Assembly (NCBI GenBank): GCA_951406725.2 | Contig: OX597832.1 | Span: 32,178,001-32,242,000 of the forward strand | Length of the DNA stretch: 64,000 bases | Direction: 5' to 3' | From: Octopus vulgaris | Lineage: Eukaryota | In this document: positions 12,293-26,773 of the stretch, in pieces | Numbering within the stretch: the stretch's first letter is position 1 | Layout of the letters: every line of letters starts with the position of its first letter | Position numbers and translations under genes: made by a program | The notes under the pieces: generated by a model | What the model saw: the letters and a program-made list of their open reading frames with translations, nothing else | Told to the model about the DNA's origin: nothing | The model's database searches: none

Positions 12293-13635
12293 TACATATA
12301 TATATATACATAAATATGTATATGCTGAAAGATACATTGATACATTGATAACGGGAGAGACAGGGAGAGAGAGAGAGAGGTGGGAAAGAAAGAGAAAAAG
12401 AGATATTTGTATGAATTGTGTACATAAGTATGTGTATTTACATGCACACACACGCACACTCGTACACACATATATGCTTACATATATTTATGAATTTGGC
12501 AAAGAGTCACAAGATATAACGTGTTGGCCAAATTATTTTTATATTTTGTAAAGTTGCTATATTTTCTCTGCAGAGAGTTATACCAAGATGCGAAACCTGT
12601 TGCATTACTACTGGGGAGTTTGTCTTTAAAAGGGTTTGAGGGTGAGGGTGGGGTGTCTGGGCCGTCATCTTGTGATATGGAAAGGATAGAAATGTCATTG
12701 AACATTGCACTTATATCGCAAGAGGTCCAACTGAAACCTTATAAAGGGGGTTTTCAACCGCCTTGACGAATGCGGATTATATGTATTAGTATATGTCGGA
12801 CTTATCATGTTTTCAAAAGATACAACGTTTGAAGGTTATGTGATCTGAATGTGATATTTCTCTTAGGATATATGGATAAGAAATTCGGAGGTTAGGACAA
12901 TTATAACATAAGGGTGTTAATATGTTAGCCAAATAACTTATACTAGACGGGTAATGGCTATCTAAGAATACTTATGCCATATGTAACAGATACACTGGTA
13001 GGGATATGAGGACCCTTACGACGTAACAGGTGCAATAAGAGCTTCAGAACAGTTTATAGGATATTAGGTTTTATAGGTGACTTTATGTCATAGGAGAGCT
13101 AATGTAAGGGTTACAGTAGGTAGGACAGATATGAGAAACTTGATGGGGATCGCAGAGTACTTGGGATGTAAGTGTGGAGGTGAGGTTGAGGTAATAGTGA
13201 GTTTAGAAACTTAACGCGTTGTGAAGTGTGAACCAATAAGAGAGCCTCTATAGGGATACTCAGATTGTTCCAAATGGCAGCCAAATCTCTCTCCATTTTT
13301 AATGCCATAAATAAGGAAAAAAGATAACAGATGACAGAGATTGAGATAGAATCTAACAGAAGAAGGATTGACAGAGCTGGAATATATTTTATTGCGAATC
13401 TGCATGATCACAGCTGAGCCAGTGTTTATTTATATATCACAAGAACATGAACAACAACCATAAAAATAACACAGGTATTCAATACAATCTTTTTGCTATG
13501 GATATTAATTTACTATCCCGTGGCTATTCAACAAGACATGGGTAGTTCAAGGAAGGTTAGATAAAACACGCCTTAAACAAATTGTTGGTAACACAAGGCC
13601 ATAACCATTTTCCTCGAAACCAATAATTTATCGCA

Positions 13636-13999
13636 TTCGCACCATTTGAAAGGAAATGACATCTAATTTTGACATTAAAATGGAATTGATTGCTCTTAAC
13701 TGAGAATCGAAACCAGATCGCTAAATAAACTTGTAAAAATTCTTCTGGCTGTGACATTTGCTATTAATGTCAATAATATGGATTTAAAATTTTGCCACAA
13801 AGCCAGTAACAATTCTTCTAGTTCCTCCGGAGTCAATATTTTACCCACCTCTTCGCATTATTTAGAAGAGAACGATATTTGATGTTGACACCAAAATGGG
13901 TTTTATTGCTATCAACCGAGAATCGAAACCGGGCCGCTAAATACACTTGTGTGAATTTACTTGACGTGACACTTGCCATTAATGTCAATAATATCGACA
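13636..13999. repeat. Diverged direct duplication, ~150 bp unit, 216 bp period
   Basis: gagaatcgaaacc..cgctaaata.acttgt..gtgaca.ttgc.attaatgtcaataatat is present in 13636-13783 and 13852-13999. Confidence 0.85.
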
Positions 14000-16634
14000 T
14001 GTGTTTATTGCAACATTGACACAAATATTTTTAGGGGAATTGTTAAAACTATGCATTTCACCTTCACTAAAATTGCAGACGACCGGACTGAACGTTGATT
14101 GTTTTTTTTCTCCGCCTTTCTTTCTTTCACATTGTTCGAAACTTCGATTTTCGGAGTTCAAATACTGCCCTTGTAAATGTTGCCTTTTATCCCTCTTGGG
14201 TCAATAAAGCATAAATACTAGTCACCAGTCTGTGGTCAATACAATCGACTTTGATTGTAACCGGGATATACCGATATAAGAAATACAATAATAGGAAAAA
14301 AAATGCTGTCATCTTCAATAACAACAATAAAGATATCGAGAAACCTCAACAACAATGCGTAAATATAACAAAAAGATCATAAACGACAAATGTAAAGAAT
14401 TTAAAGAATTTGCAGACAAGAAAGAGCAACAACAGTAACATTGATGGCAATTTCTGAGGAACTACAAAAAGATTACTGCCGACAAAAAAAAAACAAGAAA
14501 AAATCTATGAAAAAACAACAACAACAAAAACAAAATAGAAAGGAAAAAATGAAAAAAATGTACGAATGGAGGAAACATTTGAATAATTCACCAATGGAGA
14601 GTGAAGGAAGATTCTAGAATAGCAAAATATTGAATAACAAATTGAAAGCTTCCCTCATTTATCTCCAGGAGATAGAGGGAATAAATTACTAGTTTATGGC
14701 GCCAAGTGATAAAAAGAAAGAAAAAAAAAACAGATGAATAAAATTTTGAAAAAACAACCAAATATATGAATAAGTAAATAAAACCAGACAGAGACAAAAA
14801 AAAAACGCAAAATGTCAGAATATATAAAACGAATTGTCCTTAGAATCATTTGACAAAGACCATTAAAATCTTGTGATGACATTGTTTGCTTCTTGAAGAC
14901 CAATAGCTGTTTGAAGTGACTATCGGTCAACAAGTAAAAATTTCAATGAAATCAAAAATGGCTGAAATCAATTTTCCCACAAAACGTCGTCCGTTTGTTT
15001 ACCGATCAATTAGACGTTTTTTGCTTTTTGGTTTGTCCAGTTTTGTATCGTTTCGTGATTTTTATGAAAAATATTTGTCTACGTATCTGACCCTATTTAT
15101 CGATATATGTATCATTCTTGCACTTGCTATAACTCTCTCTTCCGCATCTTTCTATCTGTTTCTCTTTGTATCTGTTTCTCACTCTTTCGCTTTTCCCATC
15201 ACTTTTGATTTATGCATAAAGTGTAAACGTATACGTAATACATGCGGATGGATTATAATACTTTTACATAATTTTGAAGTACGGAAATTAGCTGTGATAA
15301 TGGTGACCCGATAAATATTAGACATATAGAAGAGAAACACAGAATAAATACATACAACACGGAAAATTCATTTCACAGGACACAACGACGAGTAGAAAAT
15401 ATTTTCAATAAACGCTCTCTTTGCTCTCTCTCTCTCTCTCTTTCTCTCTCCCTCTCGGTCTGAGTCTCTTATTACAGTGTAGACGACACATTCTGCATAT
15501 TTAGAAACACACAAAACCTGTTAACTTCAATAAATCATTTATTATTCGGTGTCAAAATTTTGGGACACATTATCTATAACCTGGTCATCGACGTGTTTGT
15601 TTTTTCCAGGAAATAATGTCCTTATTTTCAGCGCGTGGTCTAAGATCAAATCATTTGTTGCACGAGGTCATCTCTGAAACACGTCTATACATACATACAT
15701 ACATACATACATACATACATACATACATACATACATACATACATACATACATACATACATACATACATACATACATACATACATACATACATACATACAC
15801 ACACATACACACGAACACACACACATACACACACATACACATATCTATATGTATGTAGGTGCGTATGCATTTTCGCGGTTACTGGAGTGATGGCAGCTTG
15901 GGCGAGCAGAGCGTGGAGAGTGTAGACGAAAGAGCCACATTTCGAATCTACTGTCCATCAAAATCGCTGAATCGATACCAAGAACACTTTAGCTTTGAAG
16001 GAGGACTTTCTTCGTTCGGCTTCAAGTAATTACCATAAGTAGGTAGACCACATAGCGGTAGGTAGATGTAATAAGATAAGTGACTCACAAGAACAAAGAA
16101 AAGCAATATGAAAGGAAAAAACAAAACGATGCAAAAAAAACAAACAAAAGATACGGAAGAAGATGAAAAATAGGGGAAGAGGAAGGGAGAAACAAAGAAC
16201 AGAGGAAAACAAAAAAAAAAAAAGACATATAAAGAAAATTAACGGAAGGAAAGAAAGTATTGTCCGGGAAACAGCAGAATGTAATGAGTGTGAAGATCAA
16301 AGAGAAGAAAATACATTTAAGTATTAAGGACAGTAATAAAGATAAGATAAAATATTGTCCAATCGTATTACTTTTGAAAGTTTCGCCATTGAACGTTAGA
16401 CAAAAATATCTGACCTTGGAGTGAAAATGTCTGTCTACAAGATTGTTTGGCAGAACATACAGCGTTTTGTCTTGAATTAACGATATCTTAAAGACAACAA
16501 CGTCAAGACCAAAAGGAGAACTTGTAAAAAAACAAAAATTTCTCTGAAAGCAGCGGTTCACACCCCTTGCTGGTGTACAATGCATGGCTTCGATGTCAAT
16601 TCAATAAAATTTTGCAGAAGAGTATCGCTCGTCG

Positions 16635-16668
<34 letters not shown>

Positions 16669-16671
16669 TAA

Positions 16672-16893
16672 AGTTAATCCAAACAAGAAAGCAAAACAAG
16701 AAAACACAACAACGCGAGGACGTGGAACAAATATAGTATTATTGGACGCTCAGGAAAGAAGGATAGAAGGAGATTTTAACGTTTCGAGCGGAGCTCTTCG
16801 TCGGAAACATAGGAGAAGGAAAGATCCAGAGAAGGGAAGACAGAGGGAAAAAAATCGCCAACGGTACACACGAGGTCACATTTTGAAAGACCG
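16672..16893 (-). mobile_element. Second copy of the ~220 bp hammerhead-bearing element
   Basis: The reverse complement aligns end to end with 4899-5119. TA tracts lie on both sides. The core reads CCGACGA-A-GAGC-UCC-GCUC-GAAAC-GUU. Confidence 0.78.
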
Positions 16894-17019
16894 ATATATA
16901 TAAATTTAAAATGAGGGTGAGAAATAAGATATTTATTTAATTAACATCGATTTCACACCAGTTGTCTAGCATATAAAAAAAACCTGAAGGTTCAGTAAAA
17001 TTGTATTATATACATATTA

Positions 17020-17112
17020 GAGGGAAACCATTATGCGGACACCCTCATGCTAGAAACAGATCCGCTATGGATCTATTTCTAGCATAAGCGTGTCCACATA
17101 ATGGTCTCCCTC
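17020..17112. repeat. 93 bp hairpin: 44 bp arms, 5 mismatches, 5 nt loop
   Basis: gagggaaaccattatgcggacaccctcatgctagaaacagatcc-gctat-ggatctatttctagcataagcgtgtccacataatggtctccctc. Confidence 0.93.
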
Positions 17113-17139
17113 CATATATATATATATATATATGTACAT

Positions 17140-17358
17140 GTGTGTGTGTGCATATTTGTGTCTCTGTGTTTGTCCCCTTACATCGCTTGACAACCGATGC
17201 TGTTGTGTTCACGTCCCCGTAACTTAGCGGTTCGGCAAAAGACACCGATAGAATAAGTACTAGGCTTACAAAGAATAAATGCTTGGGTCGGTTTGCTCGA
17301 CTAAAGGCGGTGCTCCAGCATGGCCACAGTCACATGACTGAAACAAGTAAAAGAATAT
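17140..17358 (+). mobile_element. 3' half of SINE family C
   Basis: Matches 8420-8600. Confidence 0.85.
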
Positions 17359-17532
17359 AATATATGAGGGTGTGGGGGAAACGTATACACCTACTCGGGA
17401 AAGGGAAGAGAGGGAAACACATAGGTGAGTATACCTAAGAAAACATCGATATTAACCTTTTCCAAAGTGCTTTAGAACTATTTACTTCCTTCGTTTCTTT
17501 AGTCACAATACACTTCGCAATACACATGCGGG

Positions 17533-17588
<56 letters not shown>

Positions 17589-17776
17589 GGATCGAACCAG
17601 TTTATTTGTCTCCAAGACTGCAACTCAAGTATACCATTTTTGGTAAGTTGATACCGAAAATATATGAAGTGGGCTGGGAAAAGCAGCACTTTATTGAACT
17701 GATAACGTACTCTTTGAAATTCTTCAGCAAAACGAAGAATCAGTAAGTCAAGAAGTACTAAATATCCAATATCACG

Positions 17777-17811
<35 letters not shown>

Positions 17812-18106
17812 GAGGTGCGCATGTATGTGTAATTATATGCATGCCTATATGTAAATCAGGTGACTGTATATGCATATAGACCTACGCTTGTTTTATATGT
17901 TAAAACTGCACATATTTGCAATGCCAGCAGGTGGAAAACATAGCGTTAATTCCAGACATATCCATTATATAACTGGACTGACGCATATATGAATGGTTAT
18001 AAGAAAACAATAAGGTTATGCATACGCATACACACGCATGCGCACACATAAACGCCCACACATATACAAACACAAACACATGTATATGTATATATATGTA
18101 TACATT

Positions 18107-18140
<34 letters not shown>

Positions 18141-18164
18141 GATGGATAGATAAATAAATAGATT

Positions 18165-18228
<64 letters not shown>

Positions 18229-18356
18229 TATATATATATATATATAGATATATGCACAAGCGTGATTGGCTATTTATATACATATATTATACGTTGAAAG
18301 ACACACAGAGATCTACTTACATATATATTAATATATATATGTATATATATGTGTCT

Positions 18357-18388
<32 letters not shown>

Positions 18389-18455
18389 TTGTGTGTGTGT
18401 GTTTGTTTGTGTGTGTGTGTTTGCATTAATACATGTATATAATGTTATATGTATA

Positions 18456-18515
<60 letters not shown>

Positions 18516-19214
18516 GTATATCCTTTTATGTATATACCTTTTAGTGTGTATATGCTGTGAAATCCTGGCTGCGTTTACTCAGAAAGTCTTTACATTCACA
18601 GAACATCGCATGTCTGAGCAAGATTTCAATTTATGTGTGATTGTCATATACAAGCTTAATCACATCTGCTGTTAATTGCGAACGATTTAATTATTAACAA
18701 GTAGTTCTTTTTCACCTGGCCTTTCTGATACATGCATATGTATACATACACAGATTCTACGCATACACGTGTGCGCATGTATATACATACGCACACGGGC
18801 GCACACATGCGTATGTATGCATACATAAATGTATACATGTATACATATATACACACATAGAAAATACATATGAGTATTTCAGTTTGTATAGACATGTAAC
18901 ATCCACAGACAAGCCAATGAATACATACACACACACACACACTCATACATACATATATACATAAGTACATAATTACATGTATACATACATACATTTATTC
19001 ACCAACTCGCTAACACGCACATTATATTTACAATCTGAATGATAAACAGTAGCTGTATGTAAAATTTATCTTAAAATGTGACACTGTTTCTGTAGTCTAC
19101 GTTCGAATAATGGAGGCTTTTAATGTTTGTTATAAAACTGATTTTCCGTTAACGGAAGACTTCAAATAATTAAAAGTATTTGTGGAGATACATATGTGCA
19201 TGAATACATATAAC

Positions 19215-19565
19215 TTATATACGATTCAGCTAAAGATTGGCCCAGGCTATATCTAACTTAATGGCAACACCTGATAGGGAATGTTATGTAATCTCCTGGT
19301 AAAGGTTTGTTGCATCATGGCCCATTTACGTAGGGAGACGATGGCTGAGCTGTACTCTTTGTATACGAGGCTTATCGGGTATCCCCTGAAGAAACGTGTT
19401 CAGGTTTCGTTTAAACGTGGTGGGACCTGTTTCTTCTTTGACTTGTTTTATGATACTGTTGAATGGAACAGGACCTGTTGATCAAAGGAAGTTGTGTTGA
19501 AGTGTATTCGTGTGTTTTGATCCTTAAATGTGCAGTGGCTATAAGGCACACGGCCCCAGCCTCTT
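19215..19565 (-). pseudogene. CR1-like LINE 3' fragment
   Basis: Minus-strand translation STGPVPFNSI..KEETGPTTFKRNLNTFLQGIPDKP resembles the CR1 ORF2 C-terminus (GP.LFN.LP / FK..LD.FL..IPD.P). A short 3' UTR follows. Confidence 0.6.
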
Positions 19566-20677
19566 GAAAAATTTCGAATCTGTTTGCATCCGTGTTTTGG
19601 GATTAAATATGTGTTCAGGTGTTCGTGATTCCCGGGGCGGATATCTGTATTTACAATGCTGCCCCTACGCATTAAAACGCACACACAACCTGCAAACATG
19701 CGAACCCAATTGCGCACAGAAGTTTCATGCAGCTCTTTATATTCTCCTGTCTATGAAGACCTGAGGGCATATTTCCTCGTTCATGGAGTACAAATTCCTC
19801 CAAGACATCTTTGTCTTCAAATCTTGGAAGTGATTCTGACCTACCTACATATTCCCTTTTCTTCTCTTTCTTATTCTCTCTGAATCGAGAATCCGGAAAC
19901 CTTTTCTCTTACAGGAATTTTTGTGACACTGCTACCGTCCATGGACATATCTGTTTGGTGCTTCTAGAGGAGAACAAAATTTAACGAAAAATATCAAAAA
20001 TATGCGGTTTTGTGTTTGTCTGTGTGTTCGTTTTATGTGTTTGTACCCTTTTAGGTATCTCTGTGACTAGAACATAATCTAACAGACATATACAGAAACA
20101 CAAACACACGCACACACACACAATTTCTGATTCATGGGAACAACTGAAAGAAATGCGTGTAATTATATTTTTACAATCCAATGCATTTAACGAGTTTATA
20201 TATAAGATCTCTGTACAAATTACTTTTTAATTGTTATTATCGCTTGGAGATATAACGCAAAGGATTCAATGATTTCATAATGCTAACATGTGAGATAGTT
20301 GCAGATGAAATACTTGCTTAAGACGAGATGCATGAACTTCCAGTTGTTCCTTTTAATTTTAAGTGCCATAAAACATTTGATTAAACATTTTTGAAGAAGA
20401 CATGTTTTCATGAAAGCCACGCAACTGGATACCGTTGAGTTGAAGATCAGAGAAATTCTTCTTGTCATGTAATCAATGGAATCGCTACAAGGCAAGAATC
20501 CATTGAGAGAGAGATAGGCAGGCACCGCATCAATTTTACATCATGCAGGGATTCGGAAATAACATCGGGGTTAGAATCCCTCTGAATAATGGTTAGCTTT
20601 TCAGATATCAAAGACAACTGAATCCATTATCATCATCGTCGTCATCATCATCATCGTCGTCGTTGTCGTCATCGTCG

Positions 20678-20729
<52 letters not shown>

Positions 20730-20901
20730 TATCATTATCATCATCATCATCTTCATCATCATCGTCGTCGTCGTCGTAGTCATCTTCGTCATCATCATCA
20801 ACAAAACTAATACGAGTGTAAATAGCAACTGTAAAGCAGCGACAACTAAAACCACAGCAGCAACAAGAAGAAGAATAATGATAAGAAGATGAAGGAAGAT
20901 G

Positions 20902-21280
20902 ATTTCTTTTTATTTGCCACAGGGACATCGGTGAGGGAGACATTGCAAGGAAAGCTTAAAATTTCTGCGTTGGCTTACATAAAAGATTAAGGAACGCGGA
21001 AAGAGGAAGGAAAAGAGGAGGATAATGGAGATGAAATGAGATAAAACTATAGAGGATCTAGAAAATATGTGAACGCAACATGGAAGATACGGTCTTCCTG
21101 AGAGAAGAGAACCCTCGATGGGGCGCAAAGCAAAGCAATCCACGGATCGTAGATCGCTGTGTTTTTAATGAGCAGAAGCCCTTGTCTCTCTGTTGTTCTC
21201 GAATCTAAATAGACATGCTTGATGAAAGTCCATTCGTCCTGACCGTTTATTACACTGTCACCCCTTTCTTTACAAATACA

Positions 21281-21345
<65 letters not shown>

Positions 21346-21510
21346 CACTTTTCCCTCTGCCCTCATGTTGCTTTCCAAATGGATACTGTAAAAATCCTTG
21401 ATGGCTTGCCAAAAGACATAAGTGTCTCCCAACAATCTCTTCATCTTGGTCTATCTGGTAATCTCTTTCGCCATAGACACTGGACAGAGAACACTGCTCC
21501 CTCCCCCCTG
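20902..21510 (-). pseudogene. Decayed L1/Tx1-like LINE 3' end (ORF2 C-terminus plus pyrimidine-rich 3' UTR), interrupted by a (TC)n expansion
   Basis: Minus-strand translation gives CPVSMAKEITR*TKMKRLLGDTYVFWQAIKDFYSIHLESNMRAEGKVL, then a T/C-rich UTR ending ccctgtggcaaataaaaagaaat. The clade is inferred. Confidence 0.45.
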
Positions 21511-21827
21511 GCCTAGTCACCATATATCAGTCCATGTCAACTTTGATCTCTTTCACACATTGCTGTAGTCGTTTGAACATGAATGCCATTACTGTCATGT
21601 GTGTCCGGCTTTCTTCATAATACTTTGGAACAAACTTACCCAAACAGTGAATATGTGTATGTGACCAGGCCTGACCTTTCTTTCTTGCTTCAACTACCAT
21701 CCGTTCAAAATCTATATTCCTCCCTGCGCCTGTTAAATATGCCATAAGGCTTTACTTCCACACACGCCAGTTTAATTTAATGCGTGCTAAGTCGAAAGAC
21801 ACCTGTTGTTGTGTCCTGTTAATTGCA

Positions 21828-21893
<66 letters not shown>

Positions 21894-21895
21894 CA

Positions 21896-21984
<89 letters not shown>

Positions 21985-22001
21985 CATATATGTATATATG
22001 C

Positions 22002-22039
<38 letters not shown>

Positions 22040-22311
22040 TATATAAATATATGCATATATACATACATATATGTACATACCTACATCTATATGTATATAT
22101 ACATGCATATATGGGTATAGGACATTAAAACAAAACGTTGAACACAATCAGAAACGAAGATATAAAAACAAAAACAGGGAAACGAACTTTTTTCAAACAA
22201 GGAAAAAACAGAATACAAGACATACAACACAAGGAATATTCCCCTTCTTCAGTTGTCCCTGTTTCGTCTACTCCGCGACAAATTCGTTAAAAAGTGTGTA
22301 TACAAACGTTT

Positions 22312-22357
<46 letters not shown>

Positions 22358-22669
22358 TCACACAAGTTTATATACACACATTTTTAACTATTTTGTCCCA
22401 AATAAATTTTCAGGCCGCTGCAGATTAAGAGACAAACAAAGAAAGTCAAAGTGGTGTCTACAAATTCGAAAGATGTCCAATGACGCAATGCTTATTTACC
22501 TGAATACTATAGTTTAGTAGAAAACAAAACGGTGGTCGTGAGTTCCAGAACGCAGCAGTTCCAGAGAAGAAGTCAATAAGAATAAAAACACTAACGAAAT
22601 TGTTTTTTTTTTATTGTTGAATAATTTCTACGTTTTAAAAATAACTTTCTTCAAACATCTGCTTATGTT

Positions 22670-23325
22670 TCACTGCTTTTCGGGTGATGTTTCTCTTCAT
22701 AGGCCGAATGTCTCACTCGGTAGGCTTGGATGATTGATGATGGTGCACCGGAAACAAACTCTTATCGACAACAAATTTTCTTTGTGAATAGCAATCAAAG
22801 GTCTTGTACTGGAGATCCCAACCCTAAGCGGACACGCACATTCGACATCAAAACAGCTATAGTGCCAAGGCTATTATGGTGAGTGTTTTCCAATCTTTTT
22901 GAGAAATTCTTGAATTGTGATTGATTTTAATTCCATTCGCTCGATTTCGATGTTGGAACATTTAAGTGTTCACAAATGTTATTCTGCTGTGAAGAAACAT
23001 AAGAAAAATGTTTGTAATTCTGGCTGCGTTCCAGTTTTTATTCCAGTTAAAATGATATAAAAGTTGCTACGTGTTTCCACGTTTCTTAGATGAAATGCAG
23101 AAAATTCTGTTTTTGCAGGATTCATAATTACATTTCTGTCTCATGAAGTAAGAACTCTGGTTCTTAAAAGCGGCATACGGACTTGTTTTGCTAAAGTTTG
23201 TCACGCTATGCATACGTAATCGACCAAGAGAAAACACTCACTATTAATAAATTCCTGTTGATTATTTTGGTTAATGTTAAAGAACAATGGAACCAGTACA
23301 GAACCCTGAGGGATACCGTATGGAA
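22670..23325 (-). pseudogene. Decayed LINE reverse transcriptase fragment, Ingi/I-group-like
   Basis: GIPQGSVLVPLFFNINQNNQ...FLLVDYVCIA (degenerate PQG and YADD motifs), then MNPAKTEFSAFHLRN and IALAL..ECACP. Clade assignment rests on motif resemblance. Confidence 0.7.
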
Positions 23326-23552
23326 AATATTTATACAGAACAATATAAAAGTGGAATTTACCAGCACAAGCACATAGAAAGAAGCACATGCCTATATACA
23401 TATATATTATATTTAAATGGTATGTATGTACAAATATATACACATAGACACACATACATATATAGACATATTGATACATATTCATATACATATTCACTTA
23501 TATGCATATCATTACGAATATATGTGTGTATATGTATGTCATATACATATCC

Positions 23553-23607
<55 letters not shown>

Positions 23608-23964
23608 TATGTACATAGAATATTATATATATATATATGTGTATATATCATATTACATATATATATATCATATTACATATATATATACATATGTTTATTT
23701 ACACATTTATTTGAACCAGCATTGAATTAATATGTGTTGGAGAGATGCGAAAAGAAATGCATGCAATTTCATAAGATATTAATTGTTGGCATTATTTGCA
23801 AGCTTCTTAGTAAACCACGGTTCATTTAGACATTTCTCTCTTAATGAATTGGGGCATACTGTGAAACTGCCAAAACTACACATACATGAATATATATATA
23901 TATATATATATGTGTTAGTATGCGTGTGTGCGAATATATATGTACATATGTATTATTATTATTA

Positions 23965-24083
<119 letters not shown>

Positions 24084-25262
24084 GTTGTTGTTGTTGTTGT
24101 TGTTGTTATTATTATTATTGTTGTTGTTGTTGTTATTATTATTATTATCATTATTATTATTTCATATTATTATTAGAGAGAGAACGACGGTTATGATGTG
24201 CGAGAGATAGGAGTGAAGGAGTGGGAGAAGGGGTAAGAGTAGGTTGAAACATGTGAGTCCGCTTTTCTCTATGCGTTTTGCTGTGTTAACTGAATGAAGG
24301 TGAAAAGTAAAGAAGCAACACATACAAAACACGATAAGGACATACAGAATGTAGGCGCACACATACGCACACACACACACATACACACACACACACACAC
24401 ACCCACAGACACACACACAGACATGGAGAGACAGAGGGAAAGCAGAGAGAGAGAAAGAGATAAAGTGAAATATATGATGTACATAGTTATAGAAAAATAT
24501 AATCACAAAAAATTGAAATATACGCCATTTGCCAAAATACAAATGCCAATTGGAGGAAAAACATAAATATTAATAAGGGAAAATAGTAAGTTAAATGTGG
24601 AAGGAATGTGAGAGGAATATAAAGGAAAATATGTAAAATGTAATAGAGACTGATCATAAAGATGGGGAAAATCAGTTAGAAAAATGACAAGTGTTTTGGC
24701 GGAGGGTAACATTAAAATGAAAAGGAGAGAAACAAGATGGTGGAATTACAGCTGACAAAAAAAATGAATGGAGAATGGAGTAACATTTGAGGAAATATTA
24801 TATAGTAAGACATATTATAAAGAAGAATGGACTTGCAGAGATATTTAAAGAAGATAATAAAGAAAAGCGGGGAGGTTTAAGTTAAGAAAAACGATGGAGG
24901 TAGAAAAAGAGGGAGAGAGAGATAAAGAGAGTGAGAGAGAAAACAACAGAAATAATCGAATAATGTTGGGTATTATACAGACACCATAATAAATATACCA
25001 GGTGTAACATCGATCATGTTCAATTTACAGCTGACAAACTTGTGTGCATTTGTATGCGTACGCTCACACACATATATAATATGTATGTATATATAAGTAT
25101 ATATCTTCACATAATATACTATTCATATACATATATATATATATATGTTTTTATTTATTATAATTATTTTATAGCATATTACAAACACTCAGTATGTATA
25201 TATCTATCTATCCATGTATTTATCTATCTATTTATTTATCTATCCATATATAAATATACATT

Positions 25263-25353
<91 letters not shown>

Positions 25354-25369
25354 CAATAGAGAGATAGAG

Positions 25370-25443
<74 letters not shown>

Positions 25444-25773
25444 CTATAGATATAACTATTCATACATGTGCATCTATGTGTTTGTATACAATGATGTGTG
25501 GTTTACAGTCAGACTCGGAGATACGCTTCTAATTCTTGTATGAGGAATCTCTACAGTATATGTCTGGAATTTGAACAATGGCAGTTATGAGCACTGCTTC
25601 TTTTTACTGACCCAAGATCCACTAAAATTGATCAAAGTTCGCCTACGAAATTTAAAATGGGTGGAGATATCTATTTCGCTCTGATTAACGGTTCACTTTT
25701 CTATAGATTGCTAATCACCCTCAACATAGATTTAATCGAACCCTTTCAAAGGAAATTCAAATTAACGTGCAGA

Positions 25774-25950
<177 letters not shown>

Positions 25951-26773
25951 ATCTATTTATCTAAGTAGCTAGCTATCTGGCTATCTATTTGATCTGCTGT
26001 CTCTATCTCAATCTCTCCCTTCCTTCTCCTCTGTATATAGGTATATATGTATGTATACGAGTATATAAGTACCTCTATAAGCATAAACAAACTAGCATAA
26101 GTGTTGCATATATAAATTTCCATCTATTAATCAGTTCCTAATATTTCCACCCTATCTGACGTCACATTTCTGTATTTCGGACGCCTTCGGCTAGATATCC
26201 AATTAATTCTTCTGTGTTATCCAACCAATAACCTTTATTTAAACCCTGAAAAATAGGGAGACATAAAGAAGAAAACGTCACACGTAGTTACAAAGAGACA
26301 ATTTTCTATGCACCGAATTAATTTTATTCCCCTGCCTCAAAGCATTCAGTTATATCAACGTCAATTCAGAACTATCATAGAATGTTTATGTATTAAAGAT
26401 TTCTCATTAGTATTACTAAGATTTCGTTTGTATACGTCTCCAAAGCAAGTGAGGATCTTACGTACAATAGTTTCGTTTTGCTTCTGGACCAGCGATAACG
26501 ATTGCATCATACGACGTCCTTTGTGAAATGAAGGTTTCTCGCAGTTGCGGCTGACAGATTGCAATTTCATTATATTGGGAAGTTTGTTATTCTCGCGTAC
26601 ATTTTTCGTGAAGGAGAGGAAGGAACCAGCGGTAGACACATAGCAGGTATATATGGAACGTGTATACGCATGAACACTGCCACTACATACATATATATAT
26701 ATATATATGATAATGATAATAGTAATAATAACAACAATAATATATATATATATATATATTGGTAAAAACGGCC

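Noticed and set aside
12520-13430. Strand-skewed region possibly a decayed Penelope ORF (candidate autonomous partner)
   Set aside because: No RT or GIY-YIG motif could be read in any frame I tried. A translated HMM search is needed to decide.
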